Source: Candidatus Daviesbacteria bacterium (GTDB lineage Bacteria > Patescibacteriota > Microgenomatia > Daviesbacterales > UBA10151). Taken from it: a DNA stretch of 64,000 nt. The notes beneath the pieces were generated by a model. That model saw only the letters and a list, made by a program, of their open reading frames with translations, made no database searches and was not told where the DNA came from. Numbering within the stretch: position 1 is the first letter of the stretch; every line of letters starts with the position of its first letter. Where the stretch lies: positions 642,619 to 706,618 of the forward strand of contig CP066688.1 of assembly GCA_016432425.1 (NCBI GenBank). The letters are read 5' to 3'. The position numbers and the translations under genes were made by a program. Below are positions 28,273-41,314 of the stretch, in pieces.

Positions 28273-30590
28273 CTGAGGGATTAACTACCAGCCAGGCCAA
28301 AGAGCTGCTCCAAAAATATGGTTTAAATGAAATACCCACGAAAAAAGGACTTTCAATATTTACAATTCTGTTAAATCAAATAAAAAATCCCCTATTTTTT
28401 CTCCTGCTTTTTGCCACCATTATTTCATTTTTGATTGGTGATAAACTGGATGGATTTTTAATTTTGGCTATTTTGGTTTTAAATTTTATCTTAGGCTTTT
28501 GGCAAGAATATAAGGCTTCTAAAGAGTTGGAAGCGCTGCAAAAGCTGGAGATAACCTTGGCCAGAGTTTTAAGAGATGGTGAAGAAGTAGAGCTGCCCGC
28601 CTCACAAATAGTCTCTGGGGATATGGTAATTTTAAGAGCAGGAGATGCTGTCCCTGCTGATGCGCAGGTGATAGAGAGTGTTTCCCTACAAATTAATGAA
28701 GCTATCTTAACCGGAGAGTCAATGCCTGTTCCCAAACTTGAATATAGTAATTCGCAGACAAACGAAAATACCGTTTTCCTGGGGACCACGGTAGTTTCCG
28801 GCAGGGGCAAAGTTAAAGTTATATCTACCGGTAAAAATACTAAATTTGCCGGTATTGCCTTAAGTTTAAGTCAAGTTGAAGAAGAGAAAACTCCCCTGGA
28901 GATAGCCTTAAATAAATTAGGGTTTGCCCTGATTGGGATAGTGGCAGTGATGGTGGGAATTATTTTTACCTATCAAATTACCCAGGGAGGGGCTTTCATT
29001 GAGTCGATTATTTTAAGCGTTGTCTTAATGGTAGCTGCAGTTCCAGAAGGGCTACCCGCTGTGGTAACAGTGGTTTTGGCCATTGGGGTCAGAGAAATGT
29101 ATAAAAGGAAAGCTTTGGTGAAGCGGTTGGTTTCCATAGAAAACTTAGGAGCTTCAACGGTGATTTTAAGTGATAAAACCGGAACTTTGACTAAAAATGA
29201 AATGAGAGTTAAAAGGATCGAAGTTTTTGGCAGGAGTAAAAATGACCTGCTGCGGGCTAGTGTACTTTGTAATAGTGCTAATTTAGTTATTAAAGAAGAT
29301 GGTGGTGTAGACATTCTGGGAGATACTACGGAGGGCTCCTTGCTTGTTTTTGCCAAAGATCAGGGTGTAGATCTTGAGGCTTTGAGAATGGAAGGAAAAA
29401 TGACTGAAGAGGTACCTTTTAGTTTAGAAACGCGTTTAATGACTACTGTTTGGCAGATTGACGGCAAGAAAATCACTTTTAAAAAAGGGGCGCCCGAGGC
29501 TGTTTTAACTCAAACAACTTTGAGTAAAAAAGATTTAAAGTTGTGGGATGAAAGGGTTAAAGAGATGGCCTCAAGCGCTTTGCGGGTACTGGCTTTATCC
29601 CGGGATGATAAATTCTTAGGGTTAGTGGGTATTGCCGATGAAGCAAGACCCGAGGCCAAAGAAGCAATCAGGCTGGCAAGAGGTGCCGGGATTAAAGTGG
29701 TGATGGTGACCGGCGACAATGAACTGACTGCTAAAGCCATTGGTGAAGAAGTAGGTCTTTTGCAAAAAGGAGATGAGATTTTAGCTGGATCAGTACTTGA
29801 GCAAATGAGTGATGAAGATCTGCTAACTCGCCTGGAAAAGGTCAGCATCTTTGCCAGGATTACCCCTAATCAAAAATTGAGGTTAGTGAGGCTATATCAA
29901 AAAAAAGGTGAAATTGTGGCAGTCACCGGAGACGGAGTAAATGACTCTTTGGCTTTAAAGCAAGCTAATGTGGGTGTGGCCATGGGAATAACTGGGACTG
30001 ATGTGGCTAAAGAAGCTGCAGACATTGTTCTTCTGGATGACAATTTTGCCACCTTGGTAAACACTATTGAACAAGGAAGGCTAACTTACAGTAATATTTT
30101 AAAAGTAACCAGATTTTTATTAGCTGGTAACTTATCAGAGATTTCATTTATTGGTTTGGCAGTTTTAATGGGATTGCCTACCCCGCTTCTGCCTGCCCAA
30201 ATTCTCTGGATTAATTTTGTGACCGATGGTTTGCCGGCCTTGGCTTTAGGTTTTGATCGGGCCTCACCTAATTTAATGAAAACTCCTCCCCGATCAGGCT
30301 TAAATTTATTAGACCAAACTTCGCTAAAGATTATCATTTTAGGAGGATTATTAATTGCGTTTACCTGCTTAACAGTTTTTTATTTCCTGTTTAACTTTTA
30401 TAATTTAGAGGCGGCCCGGGCCAGTGTATTTACTCTCATGGTCATTTTGCAGATGATCTTTGTTTTTGTAATCAGACGCCATCATTCTGCTACCTCTAAT
30501 AAATGGTTACTCTCCTCGATTATATTTATTGTCACCATGCAGCTTTTAATATTAATAGTAGAACCCTTAAGAATTTTATTCAAGCTTTAA
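28269..30590 (+). CDS. P-type cation-transporting ATPase (type II, Ca2+-like)
   Basis: TGES, VPEGLP, DKTGT, KGAPE, TGDN, GDGVND, NFVTDG. Confidence 0.95.
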   Translation: MTEGLTTSQAKELLQKYGLNEIPTKKGLSIFTILLNQIKNPLFFLLLFATIISFLIGDKLDGFLILAILVLNFILGFWQEYKASKELEALQKLEITLARVLRDGEEVELPASQIVSGDMVILRAGDAVPADAQVIESVSLQINEAILTGESMPVPKLEYSNSQTNENTVFLGTTVVSGRGKVKVISTGKNTKFAGIALSLSQVEEEKTPLEIALNKLGFALIGIVAVMVGIIFTYQITQGGAFIESIILSVVLMVAAVPEGLPAVVTVVLAIGVREMYKRKALVKRLVSIENLGASTVILSDKTGTLTKNEMRVKRIEVFGRSKNDLLRASVLCNSANLVIKEDGGVDILGDTTEGSLLVFAKDQGVDLEALRMEGKMTEEVPFSLETRLMTTVWQIDGKKITFKKGAPEAVLTQTTLSKKDLKLWDERVKEMASSALRVLALSRDDKFLGLVGIADEARPEAKEAIRLARGAGIKVVMVTGDNELTAKAIGEEVGLLQKGDEILAGSVLEQMSDEDLLTRLEKVSIFARITPNQKLRLVRLYQKKGEIVAVTGDGVNDSLALKQANVGVAMGITGTDVAKEAADIVLLDDNFATLVNTIEQGRLTYSNILKVTRFLLAGNLSEISFIGLAVLMGLPTPLLPAQILWINFVTDGLPALALGFDRASPNLMKTPPRSGLNLLDQTSLKIIILGGLLIAFTCLTVFYFLFNFYNLEAARASVFTLMVILQMIFVFVIRRHHSATSNKWLLSSIIFIVTMQLLILIVEPLRILFKL

Positions 30591-30601
30591 GCTTAGCTGG
30601 C

Positions 30602-30630
30602 TATAATCCCACCTGGAGGGTGGAATTATA
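30602..30630. repeat. Intergenic REP hairpin of the RAYT family between convergent genes
   Basis: tataatcccacctggagggtggaattata. Confidence 0.75.
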
Positions 30631-30688
30631 TTAAGCTTTGTTCTCCATCTTCATCATGGGTTTTAAAAATGAAGATTACAAGATCTGC

Positions 30689-30898
30689 TTATATTGGTTT
30701 GCCGGACAGGCCATAAACTAGTAGATCATTAGTAAAACCAAGAGCTTGATAGGGCCAGGTAAAAACCACAAAGAAAAACCCCGGAGAGGAAAATGACAGT
30801 CCTGACCATTTGTAATAAATGGCAAAAGCAAAAGCAAAAGCTAAACCAACTAGGAAATAAATGATGGCAACCGTGGAAAAAACTTTTTCTTTGGTCAT
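30689..30898 (-). CDS. Small membrane protein
   Basis: 69-aa hydrophobic ORF starting 3 nt after the gyrA stop. Confidence 0.6.
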   Translation of the reverse strand: MTKEKVFSTVAIIYFLVGLAFAFAFAIYYKWSGLSFSSPGFFFVVFTWPYQALGFTNDLLVYGLSGKPI

Positions 30899-30901
30899 AA
30901 A

Positions 30902-33397
30902 TTAATCTGCCCTATCTTTAGATGATACTACAGTGGCAGCAGCTACTCTCTCTCCATCTCGAGTTCTCATTAAGATAACTCCTTGGGTTTGGCGCTGCAG
31001 CGTGGGAACTTCTTTAAGGTTCATTTTAATTAATTGTCCTTTATTAGAAGTTAATACCAAAGTATCCATATTTTTATCTACTACCTGGGCAGTGACTATA
31101 GAGCCTGTTTTAGCAGTGACTTGGGCTGCTTTCACCCCAGAGCCTCCCCGACCTTGTTTGTTCCAAGCTGAAGTTTTTGTCTTTTTGCCCAAGCCATTCT
31201 CCATAATTACTAGGAGTTCTCCTTCGGCCCCCACTATATTTAAAGAAACCACCTCATCATCTTTACCCAATTTAATGCCTCTTACTCCGGAAGTATCCCG
31301 GTGAGTAGCCTTCACTTGTTTTTCCGGGAATCTAATTGACTGACCTTTTTGGGAAACAATAATCAAATCACTTTCTCCGGCGGTAGTACCAACCCAGCCC
31401 AAAATATCACCCTTATCAAGCTTAATGGCCACCAGGCCATTTTTTCTAATATTGGTATATTCTTCCAGAAGAGTTTTTTTAACGCTACCATTTTTGGTGC
31501 ACATAAACATAAATTTGCTCTGTTCATTTTTACCCCTAGTAGTCAAAACAGCGGTAATTTTTTCACCTTGCTCAATATTAATTAGATTAACTATAGCTTG
31601 ACCTTTAGCCGCCCTCCCCGTCTCAGGGATTTCCCAGACTTTTAGTTGAAAAACTTTACCGGAATTAGTAAAAAATAGTAGATTATCATGGGTTTGAGTA
31701 TAAAAAATATGAGAAACAGCATCAGTTTCTTTAGTAGCAATTCCCATTACTCCCTTACCGCCCCGCTGTTGGGTACGGAAAGATTGGGGTGATTGACGTT
31801 TAATGTAGCCGCCGGCAGTAATGGTTACGATGGTAGTTTCATTTGCCACCAGATCTTCCTCATTAAACTCCCCCACCTTTTGTTTATAAACGCGGGTTCT
31901 GCGATCATCAGCATATTTTTCTTTAATTTTGGAAATTTCATCCCGCACTACCTTTAAAATTTTAACCGGATGAGCTAATAAATCTTCCAAATAAGCGATG
32001 GTTTCCTGGACTAGCTTGAGCTCATCTTCAATTTTTTGCCGCTCCAATGCCGCCAAACGCCGCAACTGCATCTCCAAAATAGCTTGGGCTTGCAGAGGCG
32101 ATAATTTGAATTTTTTAATTAAATTAACTTTGGCTTCGTCCGCGTCACGGCTTTTACGGATAGTAGTAATGACCTCATCAATATTATCAACCGCAATTTT
32201 TAACCCTTCTAAAATATGAGCCCGAGCCTTTGCTTCTGCCAGTTCAAATTCAGAGCGGCGGGTAACAATAATCTGGCGGTGTTTGATAAATTCCTCTAAA
32301 ACATGTTTTAAGTTAAGTAAATGTGGGACGCCATCAACCAAAGCCACCAAGTTGACATTAAAGACTGACTGCATGGCAGTGTGTTTGTATAAGTTATTTA
32401 AAACTGACTGAGGTTTACCATCTCTTTTAAGGTCAATTACTACTCTGACCATCTGTTTGCGGTCTGATTCATCCCGCAGGTCAGAAATTCCCTCTAGTTT
32501 TTTGTCTTTGACCAGCTCGGCAATGCGGGCAATCAAAGTAGATTTGTTAACTTGGTAAGGAATTTCAGTAACAATAATTTGCATTTTGCCGCCTTTGGTT
32601 TCCTCAATTTCTGCCTTGGCCCGCATGACAATGCGGCCCCGGCCGCTAATGTAGGCGGCCATAATCTCACTTTGGTCATAAATAGAAGCTCCGGTGGGAA
32701 AATCCGGGCCTTTAATAAATTGCATTAACTGCTCGACTGTTACATCTTGGGTCACACTTTGCTCCGCGCCACCCCCCGCCTCCCCGTTTGTTTTGGGGGA
32801 TTTTTCCAACATGTAAATTAAGGCATCGCAAACTTCCCCTAAATTATGGGGCGGAATTTGGGTGGCCATTCCCACGGCAATACCGGAGGCTCCATTAAGT
32901 AGCAAGTTGGGTAAAACTGAAGGTAGCAGGGTTGGTTCCTGGGTAGTACCGGAATAATTATCAATAAAATCCACAGTGTTTTTATTGATATCTCTCAGTA
33001 ACTCTTCGGAGATGGCAGAAAGGCGGGCTTCAGTATAGCGCATGGCGGCCGGTGAGTCGCCGTCAATAGATCCAAAATTCCCCTGGCCATCAATTAAAGG
33101 ATAACGCAAAGAAAAATTTTGGGCCATCCTGACCATAGCCTCATAAACCGGGGCATCTCCATGGGGATGAAGATTTTTTAAGACCTCTCCTACTACGGCA
33201 GCTGATTTTTGATAGCGGGAGCTGTGGTGTAAACCCTGTTCATGCATGGCATAAATAATGCGGCGCTGGACTGGTTTGAGGCCATCCCGGACATCCGGCA
33301 ACGCCCGGGAGACAATTACCGACATGGCATAATTCATGTAGGAATTCTGCATTTCTTCGACAATAGGGGTGGATTGAATTTTACCAATATCAGCCAT
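30902..33397 (-). CDS. gyrA: DNA gyrase subunit A
   Basis: [27 protein letters not shown], GyrA box QQRGGKG. Confidence 0.98.
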   Translation of the reverse strand: MADIGKIQSTPIVEEMQNSYMNYAMSVIVSRALPDVRDGLKPVQRRIIYAMHEQGLHHSSRYQKSAAVVGEVLKNLHPHGDAPVYEAMVRMAQNFSLRYPLIDGQGNFGSIDGDSPAAMRYTEARLSAISEELLRDINKNTVDFIDNYSGTTQEPTLLPSVLPNLLLNGASGIAVGMATQIPPHNLGEVCDALIYMLEKSPKTNGEAGGGAEQSVTQDVTVEQLMQFIKGPDFPTGASIYDQSEIMAAYISGRGRIVMRAKAEIEETKGGKMQIIVTEIPYQVNKSTLIARIAELVKDKKLEGISDLRDESDRKQMVRVVIDLKRDGKPQSVLNNLYKHTAMQSVFNVNLVALVDGVPHLLNLKHVLEEFIKHRQIIVTRRSEFELAEAKARAHILEGLKIAVDNIDEVITTIRKSRDADEAKVNLIKKFKLSPLQAQAILEMQLRRLAALERQKIEDELKLVQETIAYLEDLLAHPVKILKVVRDEISKIKEKYADDRRTRVYKQKVGEFNEEDLVANETTIVTITAGGYIKRQSPQSFRTQQRGGKGVMGIATKETDAVSHIFYTQTHDNLLFFTNSGKVFQLKVWEIPETGRAAKGQAIVNLINIEQGEKITAVLTTRGKNEQSKFMFMCTKNGSVKKTLLEEYTNIRKNGLVAIKLDKGDILGWVGTTAGESDLIIVSQKGQSIRFPEKQVKATHRDTSGVRGIKLGKDDEVVSLNIVGAEGELLVIMENGLGKKTKTSAWNKQGRGGSGVKAAQVTAKTGSIVTAQVVDKNMDTLVLTSNKGQLIKMNLKEVPTLQRQTQGVILMRTRDGERVAAATVVSSKDRAD

Positions 33398-33457
33398 GGT
33401 TAGACATTAAAAATGGGCCTAAGACCCTTAAATGAATTATACCTTTTTTTGAAGCTA

Positions 33458-34495
33458 TTAAGCAAGGGTTTTTGCGTGGTATTCCTCTATTTGCTCCAAA
33501 ACTTCTCTGGCAGGGATAAACATATCTCTGGTATTAATATCACCAAATCCCAGTTTTCTGTTGCTCGGATGATAAGAAGGGTCATACCCACTTCCTCCCA
33601 ACACTAATTTTCCTGCTTCTTTAGCTATTTTAGCGAGGTCTGCCTGTAGAGGAGTGGCATAGTACCCTTCTAAGCCGTCGACACCTAATTGTAATAGTTC
33701 GGGTAAAAATTTATATGGAGGAGGCTCTCCATTAACATGTTGAAAATGAGGATGGGCGATGACTACTACCCCATTTGCCTCACGCACAACCTCAATAAAT
33801 TTTCTGGGATCTAGCGGGTCGCCCCAAACTCTATAAGTTGATTCTGCTTTCAGATCAGGTCTGACTGCACTATCTGCAGAAAAATGTAGCCAATATAAAA
33901 CCCGCGCTAAATCGCCTTGATCCTGAGGTCTCCTTTGATAATGCTGCCAAATTTTGCCGCTTCTTTCAGACGTATATTGTTCTAGTGTTTTTTCGTTAGC
34001 TGGATTTAAGGTTGCTGCTAAAGATAAATAGTAAGCTGTTTCAGCAGTTTCACCAGAGTGAACTTTATCTAAAATAGCTTGGTTTTGCGGGACAGGACTT
34101 AAATCAAGACCTAGTTGTTGCTGTAGAAATCTTGACTGGAAGGCAACTTTTTCTCTGGTCATCGACAAATTAGAATTTCCCCGAGGGTCAATTAGGTCAT
34201 GTAAGCGTGGGTTTTGAGGATCAAAACCTAGAGCAATTAATTCAAAGTGATAGCCGGCAGGGGTTTTAAAAAATATTTCTGCTCCGGGTAGGACAGTAAT
34301 CCCCAAGGCTTCTCCCTGTTCTACCAGTTCAGCCATTTTATCCATCTGCACCATACCTCGTTGCAGGGCACCGAGTACGACCACCCTATTTTGGGTGGCT
34401 GTTTGTAATAACTGGCCGTTGTGAAGGGTGTCATAGTGGACATGTAAATCCGCTCTTTCCGCCTCTTTTGCTCTCATATATGTAATTTCTGCCAA
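33458..34495 (-). CDS. PHP-domain metallophosphoesterase-like protein
   Basis: ADLHVH, GAEI, VIAHP, DGLEGYY, GGS. Confidence 0.8.
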   Translation of the reverse strand: MAEITYMRAKEAERADLHVHYDTLHNGQLLQTATQNRVVVLGALQRGMVQMDKMAELVEQGEALGITVLPGAEIFFKTPAGYHFELIALGFDPQNPRLHDLIDPRGNSNLSMTREKVAFQSRFLQQQLGLDLSPVPQNQAILDKVHSGETAETAYYLSLAATLNPANEKTLEQYTSERSGKIWQHYQRRPQDQGDLARVLYWLHFSADSAVRPDLKAESTYRVWGDPLDPRKFIEVVREANGVVVIAHPHFQHVNGEPPPYKFLPELLQLGVDGLEGYYATPLQADLAKIAKEAGKLVLGGSGYDPSYHPSNRKLGFGDINTRDMFIPAREVLEQIEEYHAKTLA

Positions 34496-35187
34496 AGCCG
34501 GCGGGCTGCCAAAAGTTCCTTTTTGGTATTAATACTTCTCCACTGGTTTGGGTCAGTTAATTTTACCTCATTTAGGCTACCCTCTTCAAGCGCTACAGAG
34601 ATTAAGGAAGTTAGTAAGATTTCCCCACTGAGGGCTTTTTTTACCTTAGGCAGGCGTGTTTCTAGCCATTTTCTATTAAATAAATAGATACCACAAACCA
34701 CCTCATTGCCGTCCTGCCCGGTTTTAATCCCAATCATCTTGCCACTACTGTCTCTGACTACCCGGCCAGAGATAGCCGCATTTTTGGAGACAGTAGCCAT
34801 AATTGTCATTTTAGCAGCTGATTTTAAATGATTATATATAATTTTTGTAAGAGTTGATGCTTTGTAAAAACAGGAATCATCCCCATTTATCACTACGACA
34901 GTTTGGCAATTTGTTGGTAAGGCGGGTAAAGCTACTAAAACGGCATGACCAGTTCCTAAGAGATCCTTTTGTTGTACAAAATTCCAGCTGTCTCCCAAAG
35001 TTTTTTTAACTAAATCTGATTTATAGCCTATTACTATCAAGATTTTTTCTAAATTAAGTTTTTTAAAAATCTTTAAAGTTAAAGCTAAAATTGGTTGGTG
35101 ATTAATAGTGGATAAAACTTTCGGTTTTGAAGATTGCATCCGAGTACCCTTGCCGGCTGCCAAAACAATGGCACAAACGTTTTTCAT
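34474..35187 (-). CDS. Stand-alone GlmU N-terminal-like sugar-1-phosphate uridylyltransferase
   Basis: IVLAAGKGTRMQSSKPKVL, Q..LLGTGHAV, NGD; no acetyltransferase (hexapeptide) domain. Confidence 0.85.
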   Translation of the reverse strand: MKNVCAIVLAAGKGTRMQSSKPKVLSTINHQPILALTLKIFKKLNLEKILIVIGYKSDLVKKTLGDSWNFVQQKDLLGTGHAVLVALPALPTNCQTVVVINGDDSCFYKASTLTKIIYNHLKSAAKMTIMATVSKNAAISGRVVRDSSGKMIGIKTGQDGNEVVCGIYLFNRKWLETRLPKVKKALSGEILLTSLISVALEEGSLNEVKLTDPNQWRSINTKKELLAARRLWQKLHI

Positions 35188-35244
35188 AAGTAGTATTTTA
35201 CACCTTCTTTGATTTATGGGCTTATTTAAAATATAATTTACTTC

Positions 35245-35850
35245 ATGATTGAGGCAGTTATTTTTGACGTTGGAGGAGTTTTACATATTTATGATGGGCA
35301 ATTAGTACAAACAGAAGTTATATCTGGACTATCAATTACTTTAGATACATTTAGACAGGTCTGGGTATCTTTAACTAACAAGTTGGAAATGGGCCTATTG
35401 ACTGAAGAAGAATATTGGGAAGAATTTAAGAAAGCTACTGGGAGTACAGTGCAATTACCTGAGGAATCGCTTTTAGTTCGTGGTTTGAGAAAGAGTTTCC
35501 ACATCAATACAGAAGTGATTGAAATTGTGAGGAGATTAAAAAAGCAAGGTTTTAAGCTGGCGGTTTTATCAAACACTATTCTCCCTCATACTCGGTATAT
35601 GGATGAGATTGGCCTTTATGATTTGTTTGATCGAAAATTGTTTTCTTATGACATAGGTGCTAAAAAACCAGACCCCAGAACTTATCAAGCAGCTTTAGCT
35701 GCTTTAGATATTTCTCCTACTGTAGGAGTATTTATAGATGACAGGGAAGAAAATGTGACAGCTGCAAATCAACTCGGGCTTAATGGATTAGTGTACACCA
35801 CTGCCGAGAAGCTTAGGGAAGATTTTTCCATATTAGGAATCCATGTATAA
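35245..35850 (+). CDS. HAD-family phosphatase
   Basis: FDVGGV, LSNT, KKPD, FIDD. Confidence 0.9.
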   Translation: MIEAVIFDVGGVLHIYDGQLVQTEVISGLSITLDTFRQVWVSLTNKLEMGLLTEEEYWEEFKKATGSTVQLPEESLLVRGLRKSFHINTEVIEIVRRLKKQGFKLAVLSNTILPHTRYMDEIGLYDLFDRKLFSYDIGAKKPDPRTYQAALAALDISPTVGVFIDDREENVTAANQLGLNGLVYTTAEKLREDFSILGIHV

Positions 35851-36817
35851 ATTATTAGAGAAGTTTGCCATTAGACACTTAGGTAGTAACGTTTTGACAA
35901 TTTCAGAACTTAAAATATCCTCTCTTTCCATAAAAAAACATCTCTTAATTACCACTAAAGATAATAATCTATATTTGGTTTCACAATTTTCTAACAAGGA
36001 CAAGTTGTCTTTCGCTAATTTTATCAACACCCAAACTTTTCTAGATAAGCACCGAATAAGAGTACCTTCGGTTTTAGCTAAGGATAAAAGGAAGCTGCTA
36101 TTTATTCAAAAATATTTAGGCGATCTATCTCTATATAAATTCGTTTCGTCTCGAGATATTAGTAGTCATGATATAGTTAAAATTTATCAAAAAGTTATTA
36201 ATCTTTTGATAGACGCTCAACTTATTCGGGACAAATCCTGTATAGCGTTTGAGAAAGAGTTTGGATTGGATAGGTTAATAGCTGAATACAATATTTTTGT
36301 TAAGCCTTATTTAATAGATAATCTATGGAAAAATAAGTTAAATAAAATACAAAAGGTAGAATTTAAACAATTCTATCAAAAATTAGCTCAAATTTTAGCA
36401 GAAGTTCCTAAAGTTTTTTGTTTTAGAGACTTTCAGTCTACGAATTTGATTTTAGATAAAGATTCAAATGTTTTTGTAATAGACTTTCAAGGTGCTAGAT
36501 TGGCCTTCCCGCAGTATGATTTAGCTTCGCTGTTAGAGGATAATTACATAATTTTGTCTCAAAAGGCTAGAAATTTATTACTTGACTACTATATGAAAGA
36601 ATACCAGAAAAAATCAGGCACAAAAATTAATGTTGAAGAATTTAAAAAAATCTATCGTCTGGCTACTATTCAAAGAAAGCTTCATGATTTGGCAATTTTT
36701 GTTCGGGCAAAAGTTAAAGAAAATAACGATTATTTTATGAAATATATACCTGAAAATATGGCAAGATTGACAGTTTTACTTCAAAATGAAGGATTAGATT
36801 TTAATCTCAATTCTTAG
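35843..36817 (+). CDS. APH-fold sugar kinase, AmgK (MurNAc/GlcNAc anomeric kinase)-like
   Basis: LGDLSL, FRDFQSTNL, IDFQGAR, YDLASLLED, IQRKL. Confidence 0.75.
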   Translation: MYKLLEKFAIRHLGSNVLTISELKISSLSIKKHLLITTKDNNLYLVSQFSNKDKLSFANFINTQTFLDKHRIRVPSVLAKDKRKLLFIQKYLGDLSLYKFVSSRDISSHDIVKIYQKVINLLIDAQLIRDKSCIAFEKEFGLDRLIAEYNIFVKPYLIDNLWKNKLNKIQKVEFKQFYQKLAQILAEVPKVFCFRDFQSTNLILDKDSNVFVIDFQGARLAFPQYDLASLLEDNYIILSQKARNLLLDYYMKEYQKKSGTKINVEEFKKIYRLATIQRKLHDLAIFVRAKVKENNDYFMKYIPENMARLTVLLQNEGLDFNLNS

Positions 36818-37385
36818 GATAAATAAAAACTGCCCGGCAAGTCCAAATCTTTTCAAAGTCTGAATAATTTATTTTTATCTTTTGACCAAGTCTTTCTTTA
36901 TCGTCTGGATCATTTACATAAAAGCCTTGATTATCATAACCGATCAGGACTACTAAATGCCCGGAGCCTCCCTGTTTTAACCTTCTTGGAACAGAGATTA
37001 TTATTGGGTGATTTTTATCCAACTCTACTTTTAAAGTAAATAAACTTTCAGCTAGTTGTTCTTGCTGCATAATCTCTAAATCTGCTTGATCAAAACCTCG
37101 TTCCTGCAATTTTTCCTGTGCTTCTTGATTAACATTCCAACTTCTGGTAATTGCCTTAAACCCTAGATTTTTTGCTAATAAGGCGAGAGAGTGATGGTAC
37201 CAACCTACTCCCTCCAAGTAACCGTTAATTTTCAGTCCTTTTTTGTATAAATCATCAATAGATAAATTAATTGGCTGGTAAAAATCCATAACCATCTTAA
37301 GGGCAACTATTCCACAAGCTTTATCTTGCCAATCCGGATTTTTTGTATCTTTAATTTGAGAGTAATATGGAACATCTAAAATCAT
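36807..37385 (-). CDS. C39-like cysteine peptidase
   Basis: VPYYSQ, ACGIVALKM, GHLVVLIGYD, VNDP. Confidence 0.9.
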   Translation of the reverse strand: MILDVPYYSQIKDTKNPDWQDKACGIVALKMVMDFYQPINLSIDDLYKKGLKINGYLEGVGWYHHSLALLAKNLGFKAITRSWNVNQEAQEKLQERGFDQADLEIMQQEQLAESLFTLKVELDKNHPIIISVPRRLKQGGSGHLVVLIGYDNQGFYVNDPDDKERLGQKIKINYSDFEKIWTCRAVFIYPKN

Positions 37386-38017
37386 GCCAGTATTTTTAAC
37401 CTCCTAATACCGTCACCCATTTGTTTATTATATGAAAAAACTTCTAACTCTGCTGGGAATTGGCTATTTTTAATACTGTCTTGATGAATTCCCTTAATCG
37501 GAGTTAAAGAGCTGGAATGGGCGTAAGTGATCTCCTCATTTTGACTGTCTAAAATTATTACTACATGAGGGATTTCTTCTTTGCTGTTTAATTTAATTAA
37601 ATCCCCAGGCTGAATTTGGGAAAAATCCTCTACTGGATTGCTAAATTCCTCTGAGGTGAGGATGGCCACATTAGTTTTAGAGGCAGGCGGAAAACCTGCT
37701 TCTTCCATCCCCCCTTGGCCAATTTTTTTTAGGAGGTAATCTAATAAATAATAAACAAATCCGGAACAGTCTATCCCCAGCTGGTTTTGTTCCATGAATT
37801 TTCTAATTTCTTCTACTGAAGCCTGGTTTAAATCAAAATTTTGCTCCCTGGCTATTTCCAGAGTATTTTTAATTAACTTCTCTGGAGAGGATTTGCCATA
37901 CTTTCTTCTATCAGGCTGAAACGGAATATTAATACGGTAAGGAGTGAAAACCTGTTTCCCCCCTAAGGGTAGGATAAATTGTTGGTAAGCTTGTTTTAAA
38001 ATTGAAGCGTGATCCAT
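37382..38017 (-). CDS. NlpC/P60-like cysteine hydrolase
   Basis: GIDCSGFV, QPGDLI, HVVI, AHSS. Confidence 0.8.
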   Translation of the reverse strand: MDHASILKQAYQQFILPLGGKQVFTPYRINIPFQPDRRKYGKSSPEKLIKNTLEIAREQNFDLNQASVEEIRKFMEQNQLGIDCSGFVYYLLDYLLKKIGQGGMEEAGFPPASKTNVAILTSEEFSNPVEDFSQIQPGDLIKLNSKEEIPHVVIILDSQNEEITYAHSSSLTPIKGIHQDSIKNSQFPAELEVFSYNKQMGDGIRRLKILA

Positions 38018-38070
38018 AAAGATATTTTATACTATTATAGAGATTTTGGGGCATAAAATCAAACTATAGG

Positions 38071-40173
<2,103 letters not shown>

Positions 40174-40257
40174 TTAGTCTATTGGCGGTATTGTTTTTTA
40201 TAAGTACTGTCCACCAACTTGACTATGGGCTTATTAAGGAGTAAAATATTGTAAATT

Positions 40258-41001
40258 ATGTTAAGACGCTGGATCGAACAACAAGAAGTAACTGGTAACC
40301 TTAATGCTGTTAAAGATGGACAAGATCTCCTAGGTAAATATGGAGATGTATCTTTAGATAACGAGGATAAAATACCTACTTTAGTTAGTAGCCCAAAACA
40401 ACCTGCCGTTATAGATTTAGAAACAGAATGGCTAATAAAAGCAAATAGATTAGCATTTCTTTATGCCAAAGAATTGGGTCAATCAAGAGAACAATATATA
40501 GATTATTTGCCTAAATTTGAGCCCCAACCGGAAAGTTATAGATATAGATTTTACATACCAGCTATAGTCCAAGTTCCTCAAGGCAAGTTAACTCTTGTAA
40601 GGATGTTGGATATTCTAGGAGTTACCAATTATTTATTAAACCTTAGAGATATAAAAGATTGGCAAAAAGACCCACAAAAGTTTAAAACTCCAAATAAACC
40701 TTATACAACTTATCTCCATGATGGTTTAATAAACCTAGGTAGGACTCCAAGAGATGTTAGATCATCTTTAGTTTACGGCGAAAGAGGAGGGACTGTTTTT
40801 GATGGTTTGGCACTACTGGCTCAAGATCCTGATATATTAAAAAATCATTATCTGGATTTACCTGGCTCTCAATATGGGTCTGGCGGCGTTCCGTTTCTGG
40901 GCGGTTGGGGTGCTAGGCCGGGGCTCCGCTACTTTCGGGATGACAGTGTCGGTCCGAAAGGTGGTTCTGTGGTTGCGGGAAGAAATATTGTAACTAAGTA
41001 A
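40258..41001 (+). CDS. DGR target protein with C-terminal variable region (CLec-type fold inferred)
   Basis: 3' end matches the downstream TR with adenine-specific differences; TTGACT-17-TAAAAT promoter upstream. Confidence 0.88.
   Translation: MLRRWIEQQEVTGNLNAVKDGQDLLGKYGDVSLDNEDKIPTLVSSPKQPAVIDLETEWLIKANRLAFLYAKELGQSREQYIDYLPKFEPQPESYRYRFYIPAIVQVPQGKLTLVRMLDILGVTNYLLNLRDIKDWQKDPQKFKTPNKPYTTYLHDGLINLGRTPRDVRSSLVYGERGGTVFDGLALLAQDPDILKNHYLDLPGSQYGSGGVPFLGGWGARPGLRYFRDDSVGPKGGSVVAGRNIVTK
40873..40977 (+). repeat. DGR variable region (VR)
   Basis: Ungapped 105-nt alignment with 41315-41419: 27 mismatches, 24 opposite template A. Confidence 0.95.
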
Positions 41002-41314
41002 TTGGACTTTGACCCTTTTGGCATCTTGATTTTTGGTTTCCAAATTTGTTAAATTATTTCTGAAATTAGGTTAATGAATCCTTAGGCTTTCAGCTTTAGG
41101 GTCACCGAAATCTTCTTTAAGACTAAGAAATCACCAGAGTTTTGTTGAAAATACTTTTAACAAAAGCGTGTGAGAAATTCTTAAGGTACTCCGTGTTTTT
41201 TCCTTTGATCTGCTGGTTGGCGGACGATGAAATTCAGTGGTGAGAATGTTAAGCGAAGCTTGCAAACTTCGTTTGTCAAACCACGGTGGGGTTTTTGTGC
41301 GGGGAGAGACACAT

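Noticed and set aside
40978-41050. Canonical DGR hairpin/cruciform downstream of the VR
   Set aside because: Only a weak 5-bp stem (tttgg-ttt-ccaaa) was found, which is not enough to call
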